NCBI GenBank assembly: GCA_031425155.1
Contig: JANPIV010000044.1
Coordinates: forward strand, 7,413 to 71,412
From: Saprospirales bacterium
Lineage (GTDB): Bacteria; Bacteroidota; Bacteroidia; Chitinophagales; Saprospiraceae
Length of the DNA: 64,000 nucleotides
Direction of reading: 5' to 3'
Numbering within the stretch: position 1 is the stretch's first letter; each line of letters opens with the position of its first letter. Positions 45,101 through 54,278 of this stretch are shown here, in pieces. Position numbers and translations under genes: made by a program. The notes beneath the pieces were generated by a model. That model ran no database searches. It was not told the origin of the DNA and saw only the letters and a list, made by a program, of their open reading frames with translations.

Positions 45101-46063
45101 ATGAAAGGAAAAGTTTTTCATTTCGCCAATGCCAATGACATTTTATCCACTGGCAGATTCCAAACACCCCGCTTTGACGAGGTAAATGAGAAATTCCAGG
45201 TGCAATTTCAGTATAAATTGAAAAGTGCCCCTTTTTTCCCAACCATAGTACTGAGCACGGTAACGAATATCAAAGGAGGGTTCAATCTTTCGATACCGAC
45301 CTTGAACGATGCCTCTGATTGCCAGTTACTGGTCTATCGATTTGAAAACATAAAAATACCGCCCACCAATTTTGAGGTCCCCGTGCCGAATACCCCCGTC
45401 TTCAAGTCAAAGGTTTTTCCCGGCAGCAAGGCGCGCCGGAACCTGAACATCTATTTTTCAAAAATACAAAATGAACTGCTGGACCGGGGCCGGGGCCCAA
45501 ACCAAGACAGCATCATCACGCAAGCAGAAGTGGATACAATGGCTAATGGCTCAAAAGACCAGATAAATGGGGCCACTATTAAGTCGTTGACTGCCACCAT
45601 CTATGACCAACACATTTGGGTGAATACCCTCGCCAATGCCCAGGGAATTGATGCCGTAGTCACCTTTAAACTCATTCCGGTATCCGACACGTCTTTAAAA
45701 GACAACGCTTATCTGGATTTCAATATCGAAGGTTTCGATGTGGATGGGCAAGGCTTTTGGGGAGATCTGTTTCAAATTTGTATAAGCAAGGACGACATCA
45801 AGCGGAAAATAGAAGCAGGTTTCTCCCAAAATATTAGTGGCCTGAACAATGATATTGCCAATGGCATCAAGCAGTTGAACGACTTGGTGAAGGCGAGCAT
45901 GGGCATATCGCCCAACATGACCGCCTCTATTGGCAGATTCTCGTATCCAGTGGTCGGGCAAAATACTATACCCATGCCATTTGGACCGCCAATACAGGTG
46001 CCGATCCGGGCGATCAAGCCCGAAATATTTTTGGGATTCCCTGATTTTAGTTTCTACGCGTAG
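45101..46063 (+). CDS. Hypothetical protein with no signal peptide
   Basis: 320-aa ORF in the lower-GC part of the island. No recognised motif. Confidence 0.55.
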   Translation: MKGKVFHFANANDILSTGRFQTPRFDEVNEKFQVQFQYKLKSAPFFPTIVLSTVTNIKGGFNLSIPTLNDASDCQLLVYRFENIKIPPTNFEVPVPNTPVFKSKVFPGSKARRNLNIYFSKIQNELLDRGRGPNQDSIITQAEVDTMANGSKDQINGATIKSLTATIYDQHIWVNTLANAQGIDAVVTFKLIPVSDTSLKDNAYLDFNIEGFDVDGQGFWGDLFQICISKDDIKRKIEAGFSQNISGLNNDIANGIKQLNDLVKASMGISPNMTASIGRFSYPVVGQNTIPMPFGPPIQVPIRAIKPEIFLGFPDFSFYA

Positions 46064-46126
46064 TCTGTTTCCATGCGGCTCGAAATGGGTCCGTTATTCT
46101 TTCGACGAAACAAAAATAAATAAAAA

Positions 46127-46279
46127 ATGGAAATAAATAAACCGATGTCTTTGTACCTCCTCAATGGGCAAGTGGAAGTATATGCAAAGACTTCAACCAA
46201 TGAAGTGTTTAGAAGTATTTCTTATGATGATGCCAATAGTTGGAATGACTGGAAAAAATTATATCCTGGTGAGTGGTGA
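46127..46279 (+). CDS. Possible 50-aa small protein (below the ORF-track cut-off)
   Basis: Hand translation gives MEINKPMSLYLLNGQVEVYAKTSTNEVFRSISYDDANSWNDWKKLYPGEW. A-rich region upstream. Confidence 0.3.
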   Translation: MEINKPMSLYLLNGQVEVYAKTSTNEVFRSISYDDANSWNDWKKLYPGEW

Positions 46280-46394
46280 GAATCAACAAAATATATTCTT
46301 GTAGAATACTAAATTTTTAAAGAATTTTAAAAAATAAAGTCATGATAAACGCGCAAGCCGAAAAGCGACCAGAGTAGGCAACAACTCCTTTTAA

Positions 46395-47258
46395 TTGAAA
46401 ATTTTCATGAAACACCTCATTAAAAAGGGCCTTCTCGCCCTGATGATTCTAGTAGCGTTCTTGTCCAAAAATACTGCCTTTGCCCAGGATTTAGTCCCCT
46501 TGTTGCGGTATAATAATGGTACCGATCACCTCTACCAAACCGACCCATACGCCTATGGCGGACCAGAGGCATTCGGCTATTGGTACGAAGGGTATGAAGG
46601 CTATGTGTATAGAACTCCACAACCCGGCACCGTCCCCTTGTACCGCTTTACCAACGACAAAGACCATGCTTATCAATTGGAGCGCAACGGGCCGGAGGCT
46701 TTCGGGTATAGGTTTGAAGAAATCTGTTGTTATGTCTATCCAAACGGCGGCAATTTCCGCGCCCCCCTGTATAGATATTCCAACGGGACGGACAATATGT
46801 ACCAAACCAGCAAGACCCGGTATGGCGGTCCGGAAGCCTATGGTCATCATTATGTGGGGATCGAAGGGTACGTCAGCACTGATTTTTCCAGTGTCCAATC
46901 CGTGGTACCTTTCATCAACGTACAGCCCTGCCCGGGGCCTGTAAGTTATCAGGATGGCAGTAAGCTGAAAATTACCGGAACCAAATTCTCAAGCAACGGC
47001 AAATTGAAAGGGGAGATTATCGGCCTGCCCAGAACCAGTGCCGGAAAATTCACCTTTGAGGTCACGACGGATGCCCAGGGTGCCTTTCAGTGGGAGTTTT
47101 TTTTCCGGTGGTCGAATTTCAAATTTACGCTGAGTCAGGAACAGAAAAGACTGGGAGGATGGGATATTTACCCCATTTTATACCTAAGGGATGTAAACCA
47201 GAATAAAACTTACGTGGGCGTTATACAAGGCTACGACTGTTTATTGTATCGCCATTGA
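46395..47258 (+). CDS. Secreted protein with three DUF5648-like repeats
   Basis: Signal peptide. Repeats LYR(Y/F)xNGTDHxYQT..GPEA(F/Y)GY..GYV occur three times. Confidence 0.65.
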   Translation: MKIFMKHLIKKGLLALMILVAFLSKNTAFAQDLVPLLRYNNGTDHLYQTDPYAYGGPEAFGYWYEGYEGYVYRTPQPGTVPLYRFTNDKDHAYQLERNGPEAFGYRFEEICCYVYPNGGNFRAPLYRYSNGTDNMYQTSKTRYGGPEAYGHHYVGIEGYVSTDFSSVQSVVPFINVQPCPGPVSYQDGSKLKITGTKFSSNGKLKGEIIGLPRTSAGKFTFEVTTDAQGAFQWEFFFRWSNFKFTLSQEQKRLGGWDIYPILYLRDVNQNKTYVGVIQGYDCLLYRH

Positions 47259-47355
47259 GAACCTTCTTTTGACTAAATTTGGCAGCCCGTCTCATTTCCC
47301 TTTCCTTTGTGCATTCACTGCAACCTACCGTACCATTTAAGAGCACCCAAAGGAA

Positions 47356-48225
47356 ATGAGCCAATTTGCCGACGCCTTAAAATCGCTGGTATCCGCCAAC
47401 CGCCTGAAATTGGCCCTATCCATACTTGCTGATTACTGGAAAGACAAAGATACCGACCGCTACAACCAATGCGTCATGCAGCAGTCCACGCTGTTGCGCG
47501 TGGAAAAAGAATACGCGCTCGGCATTGTCACCCGCAGCGAGACCAGCCATGTCTTGGCCAAAGTCTGCTATGCAACGCTTGGTCTGGCTGACGAAGCCAA
47601 CGTAGCCCTGACCGACGACGCAGCGGCTTGCCAGCGAGCATTGACCATTCAACAGTCGTTCAAGGAGCCGGAAATTTCTGTAAAACCCGGCGAACGCCCC
47701 AAATGGCTGCCCTGGGCGGCCGGATTGGGTGTCCTCGGTTTGTTGTATTTATTTGGCAATAGTCTCAGCAAAGAGACGCCACCCGCCACATCGCCCCGCG
47801 CAACCCACTCCATAGACACGGCAGTAGTCGTGGAGGCCCTGACCAAAGAGGCCGAACAATACTATGACCAGAACGACTTCGCCCAGGCCCTGCAATCGGC
47901 GAACAAAGCCATTGCCTTACGGCCCGACCGCGGTGCTCTATACAACACCCGCGCCAGCATCCACCTCAAAAAAGGCAATATCGAACTAGCAGCAGCAGAT
48001 GCCCGACGCGCTATTATGTTGTCGCCCGACGACTGCTTCGGGTACGCCACCCTGGCCCAGGTCTGCACCAAACAAAACGACCCCGAAGGGTTTTACCAAA
48101 ACATCGAAACCTCCTTGAAAAAGCACTGCGAAATATGGAAATATGCCCAGCAGGTTGGCATCGTCGAACACAACGGTGAAAAGCGTTTTCAGGATTTGAT
48201 GAAGAACTACCAAGCCACACAATAA
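47356..48225 (+). CDS. Single-pass membrane protein: N-terminal EAD-like helical domain, one TM, C-terminal TPR repeats
   Basis: TM WLPWAAGLGVLGLLYLFG. TPR-like ..AIALRPDRGALYNTRASIHLKKGN... The N-terminus resembles effector-associated adaptor domains (recollection only). Confidence 0.6.
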   Translation: MSQFADALKSLVSANRLKLALSILADYWKDKDTDRYNQCVMQQSTLLRVEKEYALGIVTRSETSHVLAKVCYATLGLADEANVALTDDAAACQRALTIQQSFKEPEISVKPGERPKWLPWAAGLGVLGLLYLFGNSLSKETPPATSPRATHSIDTAVVVEALTKEAEQYYDQNDFAQALQSANKAIALRPDRGALYNTRASIHLKKGNIELAAADARRAIMLSPDDCFGYATLAQVCTKQNDPEGFYQNIETSLKKHCEIWKYAQQVGIVEHNGEKRFQDLMKNYQATQ

Positions 48226-48352
48226 AAAAATTTGGTAGTGTCACCAATTGAGTGATTAAATATTGCAAGATATTGATTGTCAACGCAGTGTTCATTTTCA
48301 TCACTCACAACTTGGCACTACCAAAAATTTCATTATTTAGAATTCCAACACC

Positions 48353-49192
48353 ATGAAAAAGAACCGTTTTGCATTGCCCCTCTTCCTGCTCCTTACCTAC
48401 TGCGCTATCTCTTGTGCGCAGGGAGTCAAACCCACCACCATTGTCCCGGAAAAGGATAAGGGAGAAGTCACTCTTAAAAAGCCATCTTCGACTAGCCCGA
48501 AGACCACTACTCCCCCAGCCCCGGCCAAGAATAAGCCAACCTCCTCCCCTTCTACCACCGAAACCGGTAAGAAAAGAGAACCTGCGAAAGAGCCCGCCAA
48601 ACCAGTCGAAGCCAGCAAGAAAGAGCCTGCCAAAGATGTTGCAAAACCTGCCGAGAAAGCAACACCTGCCCCTGCTCCTACCCCGGCCAAGACGACGGCG
48701 ACGGAACAACCTCCAAAACCGGCCAGCCTGCCGCCAGCAAAGGCCCTACCCAGCGATGCTTGCGACAAATGCCAGGGCGAAGGTTCCGTGGTCAAAAAAG
48801 TAAAGTGCCAGATATGTGGCGGCGACGGCCGGAAAGACTCGACCATCCCCTGTCAGACCTGCCAGGGCAGTGGGTTTTCCAGCACCGAAAAGTGCTTTCA
48901 TTGCAAGGGCCTGACCTATCGGGAAGGCAGCGATAAGTGCTTCAGCTGTAGTGGCACAGGAAAAAAATGGGAATCAGACGAAAAATGTAATAAATGTGGG
49001 GGCGATGGCAAAGTTACGCCCGACCCTTGTTCCTTTTGCAAAGCCACCGGCAAAGCAGAGTGTGATGCTTGTCGGGGAACAGGCACCATAAAAACTGGCA
49101 AATTAGCCTGCGAAGACTGCCACGGTACCGGCCGTTTCGACGAGCGGGAAAAGTGCAAAGCCTGTAAAGGATCGGGGAAAAAGAAATCCTGA
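48353..49192 (+). CDS. Lipoprotein with a Pro/Lys/Thr-rich linker and ten DnaJ-type CxxCxGxG zinc-finger motifs
   Basis: Signal/lipobox. Low-complexity region at residues ~30-130, then CDKCQGEG, CQICGGDG, CQTCQGSG .. CKACKGSG. Confidence 0.75.
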   Translation: MKKNRFALPLFLLLTYCAISCAQGVKPTTIVPEKDKGEVTLKKPSSTSPKTTTPPAPAKNKPTSSPSTTETGKKREPAKEPAKPVEASKKEPAKDVAKPAEKATPAPAPTPAKTTATEQPPKPASLPPAKALPSDACDKCQGEGSVVKKVKCQICGGDGRKDSTIPCQTCQGSGFSSTEKCFHCKGLTYREGSDKCFSCSGTGKKWESDEKCNKCGGDGKVTPDPCSFCKATGKAECDACRGTGTIKTGKLACEDCHGTGRFDEREKCKACKGSGKKKS

Positions 49193-49284
49193 CCAACACC
49201 ACATCAATTATTACTGAAATATATGGCTCTTTGACAATTTTTGTGGTGCAGCCTCATGAAAGTAGCGTATGTCGGCCGATGTAG

Positions 49285-49423
49285 CCACCGTATCGAACTG
49301 CTGGTCTTTGTTACGCACCAGCGCAATGCCTGGGAGAATATTCTCCATCGCAGCGTCACCCGCGAAGCGGCACTCAGTACGGACTATTTGCCCATCCTCA
49401 TTATCCATTCGGATGATGATATG
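49285..49423 (+). repeat. Direct repeat, right copy (displaced USP gene 3' end, frame intact)
   Basis: Encodes ..HRIELLVFVTHQRNAWENILHRSVTREAALSTDYLPILIIHSDDDMP*. All six differences from the left copy are synonymous. Confidence 0.9.
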
Positions 49424-49560
49424 CCCTGAATATTAAGATATAACGACCAAAATCTTTCGCAAGGTGCCGTTCACCCCGTTGGAAATCAGTTTTCCAGCGG
49501 GGTTTTCTGCCTTCCTGGGCCAGGGAAAGGTCGGTATGTGGTTTTTGTTATAAAGAGAAC

Positions 49561-49568
49561 TATCTTTG
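49561..49568 (+). promoter_or_regulatory. -7 promoter box TATCTTTG
   Basis: Exact TAnnTTTG match upstream of the 49627 gene. Confidence 0.4.
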
Positions 49569-49626
49569 TACCAGGGTGTTAGGCGAAAAATATTTCAAAC
49601 CGCCGGAAACATACCCACTTTTGCTT

Positions 49627-50433
49627 ATGACGCAAGAGCGATTTCTTAAGTTGTTGGATAATCCGGCTTTGCTCACTACCATCTCCTACGAGGAGATGAA
49701 GACGCTGGCCATTGCCTATCCTTACGCTCATAATTTGCGTACACTGCTGGCCATAAAGGCCCAGCAAACCAATCACCATGAGGCAAGCCGCACCCTGGCT
49801 GCTGCTGCCGCTTATGGTCTCGACCGTACGCGACTTTTTGTATTGGTCGCTCCGAAAATATTAGCCCCGCAACGCCTTACCGCTATCCGGGAAGAAGTAC
49901 TGGAACTAAAACCCATCGAAACCGTGCAACGCGAACTGGAAGCCCTGGCACCAATCACCCGGGAAGAACGACCCGCGCCGCCACGTTCCGCGCTATCCGT
50001 TCCGCTACCTCCGCCCAGCCAACCTGATGCAAATCCTTCGCCGGAGATTGCCCTGGATTTCAGCCAGCCTTTGCCAATAGTGATTCAACCGCCAGCCCCT
50101 CGGTCTGCTCCATCGCCGCCACAACCTTTTGGTACCTGGTTGGGCCAATTCCAACTTCCTGTTTTGGAGCCGCGTAAAACCAAATCTGCCGCAGTGCCGG
50201 TGGCACCCGCGCCAGTTCCAAAACCCGAACCGGCTCCGAAAACGAGTGTGGCCCACAGTTTGGCTGAACGCAGCGTAGCCGAAAATAAAGACGTGCTCTC
50301 CGAAACATTGGCTAAACTCTACGCCCAGCAAGGGCACCGGGAAAAAGCAATTACAATGTATCAACGATTAAGCTTGGCGTTTCCTGAGAAAAGTGCGTAC
50401 TTTGCCGCCGAAATTGAAAAACTTAAAAATTAA
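49627..50433 (+). CDS. Hypothetical Pro-rich protein with a C-terminal TPR-like motif
   Basis: ATG at 49627 preferred over the GTG at 49576. Ends ..LAKLYAQQGHREKAITMYQRL.. Confidence 0.6.
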   Translation: MTQERFLKLLDNPALLTTISYEEMKTLAIAYPYAHNLRTLLAIKAQQTNHHEASRTLAAAAAYGLDRTRLFVLVAPKILAPQRLTAIREEVLELKPIETVQRELEALAPITREERPAPPRSALSVPLPPPSQPDANPSPEIALDFSQPLPIVIQPPAPRSAPSPPQPFGTWLGQFQLPVLEPRKTKSAAVPVAPAPVPKPEPAPKTSVAHSLAERSVAENKDVLSETLAKLYAQQGHREKAITMYQRLSLAFPEKSAYFAAEIEKLKN

Positions 50434-50439
50434 ACAACC

Positions 50440-50715
50440 ATGTTATCCACCCTTGCGGTATTCATTGCCATTATCAGCATCGTGTTGATCGCGGCTATCC
50501 TGGTGCAGAATTCTAAAGGCGGCGGGCTGGATGCCTCCTTCGGCGGTCAGGCCCAACAACTTTTCGGCGCAGCGCGCTCCACTGATTTTATTGAAAAAGC
50601 CACCTGGGTGCTGGCAGGTACCCTGATGGTACTTTGCGTAGTAGCTGTACTGACGGTGGGTACCGGTGCTGGCGCTACGCCCGACGCTATTCCGTTGCAA
50701 ACGCCGGGCAGCTAA
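50440..50715 (+). CDS. secG: Preprotein translocase subunit SecG
   Basis: 91 aa, two TM helices, LVQNSKGGGL motif. Confidence 0.85.
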   Translation: MLSTLAVFIAIISIVLIAAILVQNSKGGGLDASFGGQAQQLFGAARSTDFIEKATWVLAGTLMVLCVVAVLTVGTGAGATPDAIPLQTPGS

Positions 50716-50763
50716 TCGCTTCCGCTTTTTCTTTTATTGGTCGGCGGAGACGCTTACTACGGC

Positions 50764-50797
50764 AGAAGCCCTTTCCGAACGTTCGGAAAGGGCTTCT
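50764..50797 (+). terminator. 34-nt perfect palindrome downstream of secG
   Basis: AGAAGCCCTTTCCGAAC / GTTCGGAAAGGGCTTCT. Weak T-tract. Confidence 0.5.
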
Positions 50798-50917
50798 CGT
50801 TTGGCGGTAAGCCAGCCCTGCAGAAATATTGGTTAGGAACGCTGTCGAAATAAAGGTTCACAAAACGCAAGGGGCAGCACCCCAAAATATTGGTAGCAAA
50901 ATGCTCTAAAATGAGCA

Positions 50918-50963
50918 GGAGGTGCAGCGCACCGAAATGAGCATTGCGGTGCGCTGCACCTCC
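50918..50963 (-). terminator. 17-bp perfect stem hairpin, probable terminator of the minus-strand glucosaminidase gene
   Basis: GGAGGTGCAGCGCACCG / CGGTGCGCTGCACCTCC. A U-rich tail appears only on the minus strand. Confidence 0.45.
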
Positions 50964-51062
50964 CAACCATCTTTACTCGTCAAAACTACCAACATTTCGC
51001 CGCTCTGCGGCTTCCTGAATGCTGGACACTGAAAGGGCAAATGGTGTGGATAAACCTGTTCC

Positions 51063-51881
51063 TTAATGGTCAAACTGCTCCAGTTTCATATTATGAATCA
51101 CGGCAATCAGTTTTTCTCCATATTTGTTGTCCGTGGCGTAGCCCGCCTCCGCCAGGCCGCTGGCCCAGCCCCGATAGTCATCCTTACCGAGTTTGAAGAG
51201 TGGCGCGTAGCGTTTGGTATTTTTCAAAAACTGGCTATGCGCCCGAAAACTTCCCCAGGCATTGTTATATTTTATAAAAAAATCCTTATGTGAGTCGTCG
51301 GTGAAATTCACGCAATGGCCCTTGTGGCATTGTTTGGAAAAACACTTCACGCCGAAGTGATTGTTGGTTTTTTGCGCCAACGGACTTTCTCCGGCATCGC
51401 TTTCCAGCAAGCCCTGGGCTAGAATAATGCTGGCTGGAATGCCAAACTTGTGCATCTCGGCCACGGCTACCGGGGCAAACCGCTCCACATAATCCTGGCA
51501 CTTGGTCAGTCTCTGGCGTGCTTCCGTGGCCGCTATGCTATTGCGCAAGGCGAAAGCCGGATCAACGGCAAGTGTTGAATTATGCAGCTTACCGGCAGGC
51601 AACGTTACGTGTTTGGCCGCCGGTTCTTGGGAGGACGGCAGGGAAGTGGAGGCCAAACCAAATAAAGAGGCACTCGTGCGTCGCGCAACTACCTGTTCAG
51701 CAACATTTTCTCCAAATGGTGAAAAAGTAATGGCAATCTTATCATTCCAGACCAAATAGGTCAGGGCAGTTAGAATAAGTAGTTTCCAGACCAGGGATTC
51801 CTGTTTTACTGAAACATCAGTAGAAGTAGGGGCAGTTGCCCGATTATAATATTGGCTGTGGGAGTGTTGGTAAGTGGCCAT
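51063..51881 (-). CDS. Glucosaminidase-domain protein (FlgJ/muramidase-like)
   Basis: ILAQGLLESDAGESPLAQKTNNHFGVKC motif. ATG 51879-51881 preferred. Confidence 0.8.
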   Translation of the reverse strand: MATYQHSHSQYYNRATAPTSTDVSVKQESLVWKLLILTALTYLVWNDKIAITFSPFGENVAEQVVARRTSASLFGLASTSLPSSQEPAAKHVTLPAGKLHNSTLAVDPAFALRNSIAATEARQRLTKCQDYVERFAPVAVAEMHKFGIPASIILAQGLLESDAGESPLAQKTNNHFGVKCFSKQCHKGHCVNFTDDSHKDFFIKYNNAWGSFRAHSQFLKNTKRYAPLFKLGKDDYRGWASGLAEAGYATDNKYGEKLIAVIHNMKLEQFDH

Positions 51882-52246
51882 AACAATGGAGATAAATGGT
51901 GAGCGGCGGGGAAGAGGATAAAATTCTACCACAAAGTAAAACAAGTTGTTTCTATAAAACAACAAAAAGTTTTAATAAAAATATTTAAAAACCTTTTATT
52001 TTACATAAATTGCTGGCAATCAAGCACATTTTTGCTTTTGATAATAATAACATTCTGCGTTTCTGCCAGGCTTAATATATTGCACGTGGCAATAAGAGCG
52101 TGTAAACTTTACTTAAAATCAACAACCCGCATTTTACGTGATTTTTATGCCGGAAAATCTATTTTTGCACCCGACCTTTGCTTCGTGTACTTTTTACAAG
52201 TAGTCTCTTCACCTTCTTTCTTACTGTTGTCATTTTACACCTGCCC

Positions 52247-53098
52247 ATGATTATCATTGCCGACTGCGGCTCCACAAAATGCGATTGGTTGCTTACCCGC
52301 GGCGGACGCGATCAGCAACTGGAAAACACCGTCGGGTTCAGCCCGTTTTTTCATACTACGGCGGAAATCACCGACATACTCAACACGCAGTTGCTGCCTA
52401 AAGTAGAAGCAAGTGAGGTAAGTGAGGTGTATTTCTACGGCACGGGTGTCCACGATGAACATCGGGCGGAGATCGTCGCTGCTGCTATACGCAGTGTTTT
52501 TCCCAACGCCAAAATAGAGGTGGAGCATGATCTGTTGGCTGCGGCCCGGGCTACCTGTGGCCGTAATCCCGGTATTGCCTGTATCCTCGGTACTGGCTCC
52601 AACAGCTGCTATTATGACGGTACCCAAATCCTGGACAATGTACCTTCGCTGGGTTGGCTGTTGGGCGATGAGGGCAGTGGCACCCATTTGGGCAAGGCCC
52701 TGTTGCGGGCAAAATTCTACCGCGAGTTGCCCGCCGATCTAAATATTGCCTTTGATGAAGCCCACCCGGAAGGACAGGATGCGATCAAAGATAAGGTGTA
52801 TGAAAAAGGGGCCAATTCATATTTGGCTACCTTTACCCAGTTTTTAGGAGAAAATCTGTCGCATCCATTTATTCAGTATCTGGTGGCTGGTTGCCTCAAC
52901 CAATTTCTGGATCGTCATGTTTTAAAATACAGTGGTCACAAAAATGTACCCGTGCATTTTGTGGGTTCTATTGCCCACCATTTTCAGGAAGTACTGGCTA
53001 AAAGCATGGATGAGCGTCAATTAAAACTTGGTGTTGTGGTACGAAAACCCATCTATCCCCTGGCCGATTATCACGTACAACCATCTGCCGACCAATAG
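52247..53098 (+). CDS. BadF/BadG/BcrA/BcrD-type ATPase (N-acetylglucosamine kinase-like)
   Basis: ADCGSTKCDW, GTGSNSC and GWLLGDEGSG motifs. ATG at 52247. Confidence 0.8.
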   Translation: MIIIADCGSTKCDWLLTRGGRDQQLENTVGFSPFFHTTAEITDILNTQLLPKVEASEVSEVYFYGTGVHDEHRAEIVAAAIRSVFPNAKIEVEHDLLAAARATCGRNPGIACILGTGSNSCYYDGTQILDNVPSLGWLLGDEGSGTHLGKALLRAKFYRELPADLNIAFDEAHPEGQDAIKDKVYEKGANSYLATFTQFLGENLSHPFIQYLVAGCLNQFLDRHVLKYSGHKNVPVHFVGSIAHHFQEVLAKSMDERQLKLGVVVRKPIYPLADYHVQPSADQ

Positions 53099-53105
53099 GA
53101 ATTTG

Positions 53106-53189
53106 TTGAGGATACGAGGATTTGAGTATTCGACCAAAGCACTTGATAATCAGGTAATTGATCAAATACTCGAATCTTCAAATACTCAA
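53106..53189 (+). repeat. Dispersed ~84-bp palindromic repeat, copy B
   Basis: Aligns with 59225-59308 and the reverse complement of 13596-13678. Confidence 0.8.
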
Positions 53190-53273
53190 TTAACAGTGTA
53201 CTTACTTTCATCACTACAAAATGACTGACCTGCCAGCGGCCAACGAAACCGTTTGGAAGGAATAAAAAATATT

Positions 53274-54263
53274 ATGGCAAAAGACATTAAACGTATTGCC
53301 GTGTTCACTTCGGGAGGCGACGCGCCGGGCATGAATGCCGCCGTGCGCGCCATCGTGCGCAACGCTTTCAACAACGATCTGCATATTTATGGCATCATGC
53401 GCGGCTATGAAGGCATGATTGACGGAACCGTCAAACGTCTGGAAACGAATGATGTAGGCAACATCATCCATCGGGGCGGCACTATTCTGAAAACGGCTCG
53501 CAGTCAACGGTTTATGACCCCGGAAGGGCGCAAGCAGGCTTACGAAAACCTGATTGATAACGATATTGACGCCCTGATCGCCATTGGTGGCAACGGTACT
53601 TTTGCCGGGGCAGCACTGTTCACCAAAGAATACCCGGATATTCCAATCCTGGGCATTCCCGGCACTATTGATAATGACCTCTATGGTACGGATTTCACGA
53701 TTGGCTTTGATACGGCAGTGAATACCGCCGTGCAGGCAGTGGACAAGATCCGCGATACGGCAGATTCTCACAACCGGCTCTTTTTCGTGGAGGTTATGGG
53801 TCGCCATTCCGGTTTCATTGCTTTACATACGGCTATTGCCGGCGGTGCCGGTGGCGTACTGATCCCGGAAGAAGAATCTACTATTGATGATATTGTGAAA
53901 ATGCTGAAACGTGGTGCCAAACGCGCCAAACTTTTCAGTATTATCGTCGTAGCCGAAGGCAATCACATGGGCACCGTGTATGATATTGCCAAGCAAGTGG
54001 AGGAAAAAATCAACCTGTACGACGATATAAAGGTGACCGTTATTGGCCACTTGCAGCGGGGCGGTTCGCCTTCGTCCTTCGATCGGGTACTGGCCAGCAT
54101 ACTTGGCTTTTCTGCGGTGGAAGGGCTGTTAGCCGGCAAAACCAGCATGATGGTGGGCATTAAAAACAATAATGTGGCTTATACGCCTTTTGATGAGGCC
54201 ATTGCCAGATTCAAGCCGCTCAACAAGGATTTGTTGCGGATGGCGCATATTCTGGCGCAATGA
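53274..54263 (+). CDS. pfkA: ATP-dependent 6-phosphofructokinase
   Basis: IAVFTSGGDAPGMNAA, GGNGT, PGTIDND and MGR motifs. Confidence 0.95.
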   Translation: MAKDIKRIAVFTSGGDAPGMNAAVRAIVRNAFNNDLHIYGIMRGYEGMIDGTVKRLETNDVGNIIHRGGTILKTARSQRFMTPEGRKQAYENLIDNDIDALIAIGGNGTFAGAALFTKEYPDIPILGIPGTIDNDLYGTDFTIGFDTAVNTAVQAVDKIRDTADSHNRLFFVEVMGRHSGFIALHTAIAGGAGGVLIPEEESTIDDIVKMLKRGAKRAKLFSIIVVAEGNHMGTVYDIAKQVEEKINLYDDIKVTVIGHLQRGGSPSSFDRVLASILGFSAVEGLLAGKTSMMVGIKNNNVAYTPFDEAIARFKPLNKDLLRMAHILAQ

Positions 54264-54278
54264 GGTGCTATATCGGAT

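Noticed and set aside
48305-48846. Three overlapping ORFs (both strands) across the Pro/Lys-rich linker of the zinc-finger lipoprotein
   Set aside because: Low-complexity DNA keeps several frames open. Only the 48353 frame links a signal peptide to the Cys-motif domain.
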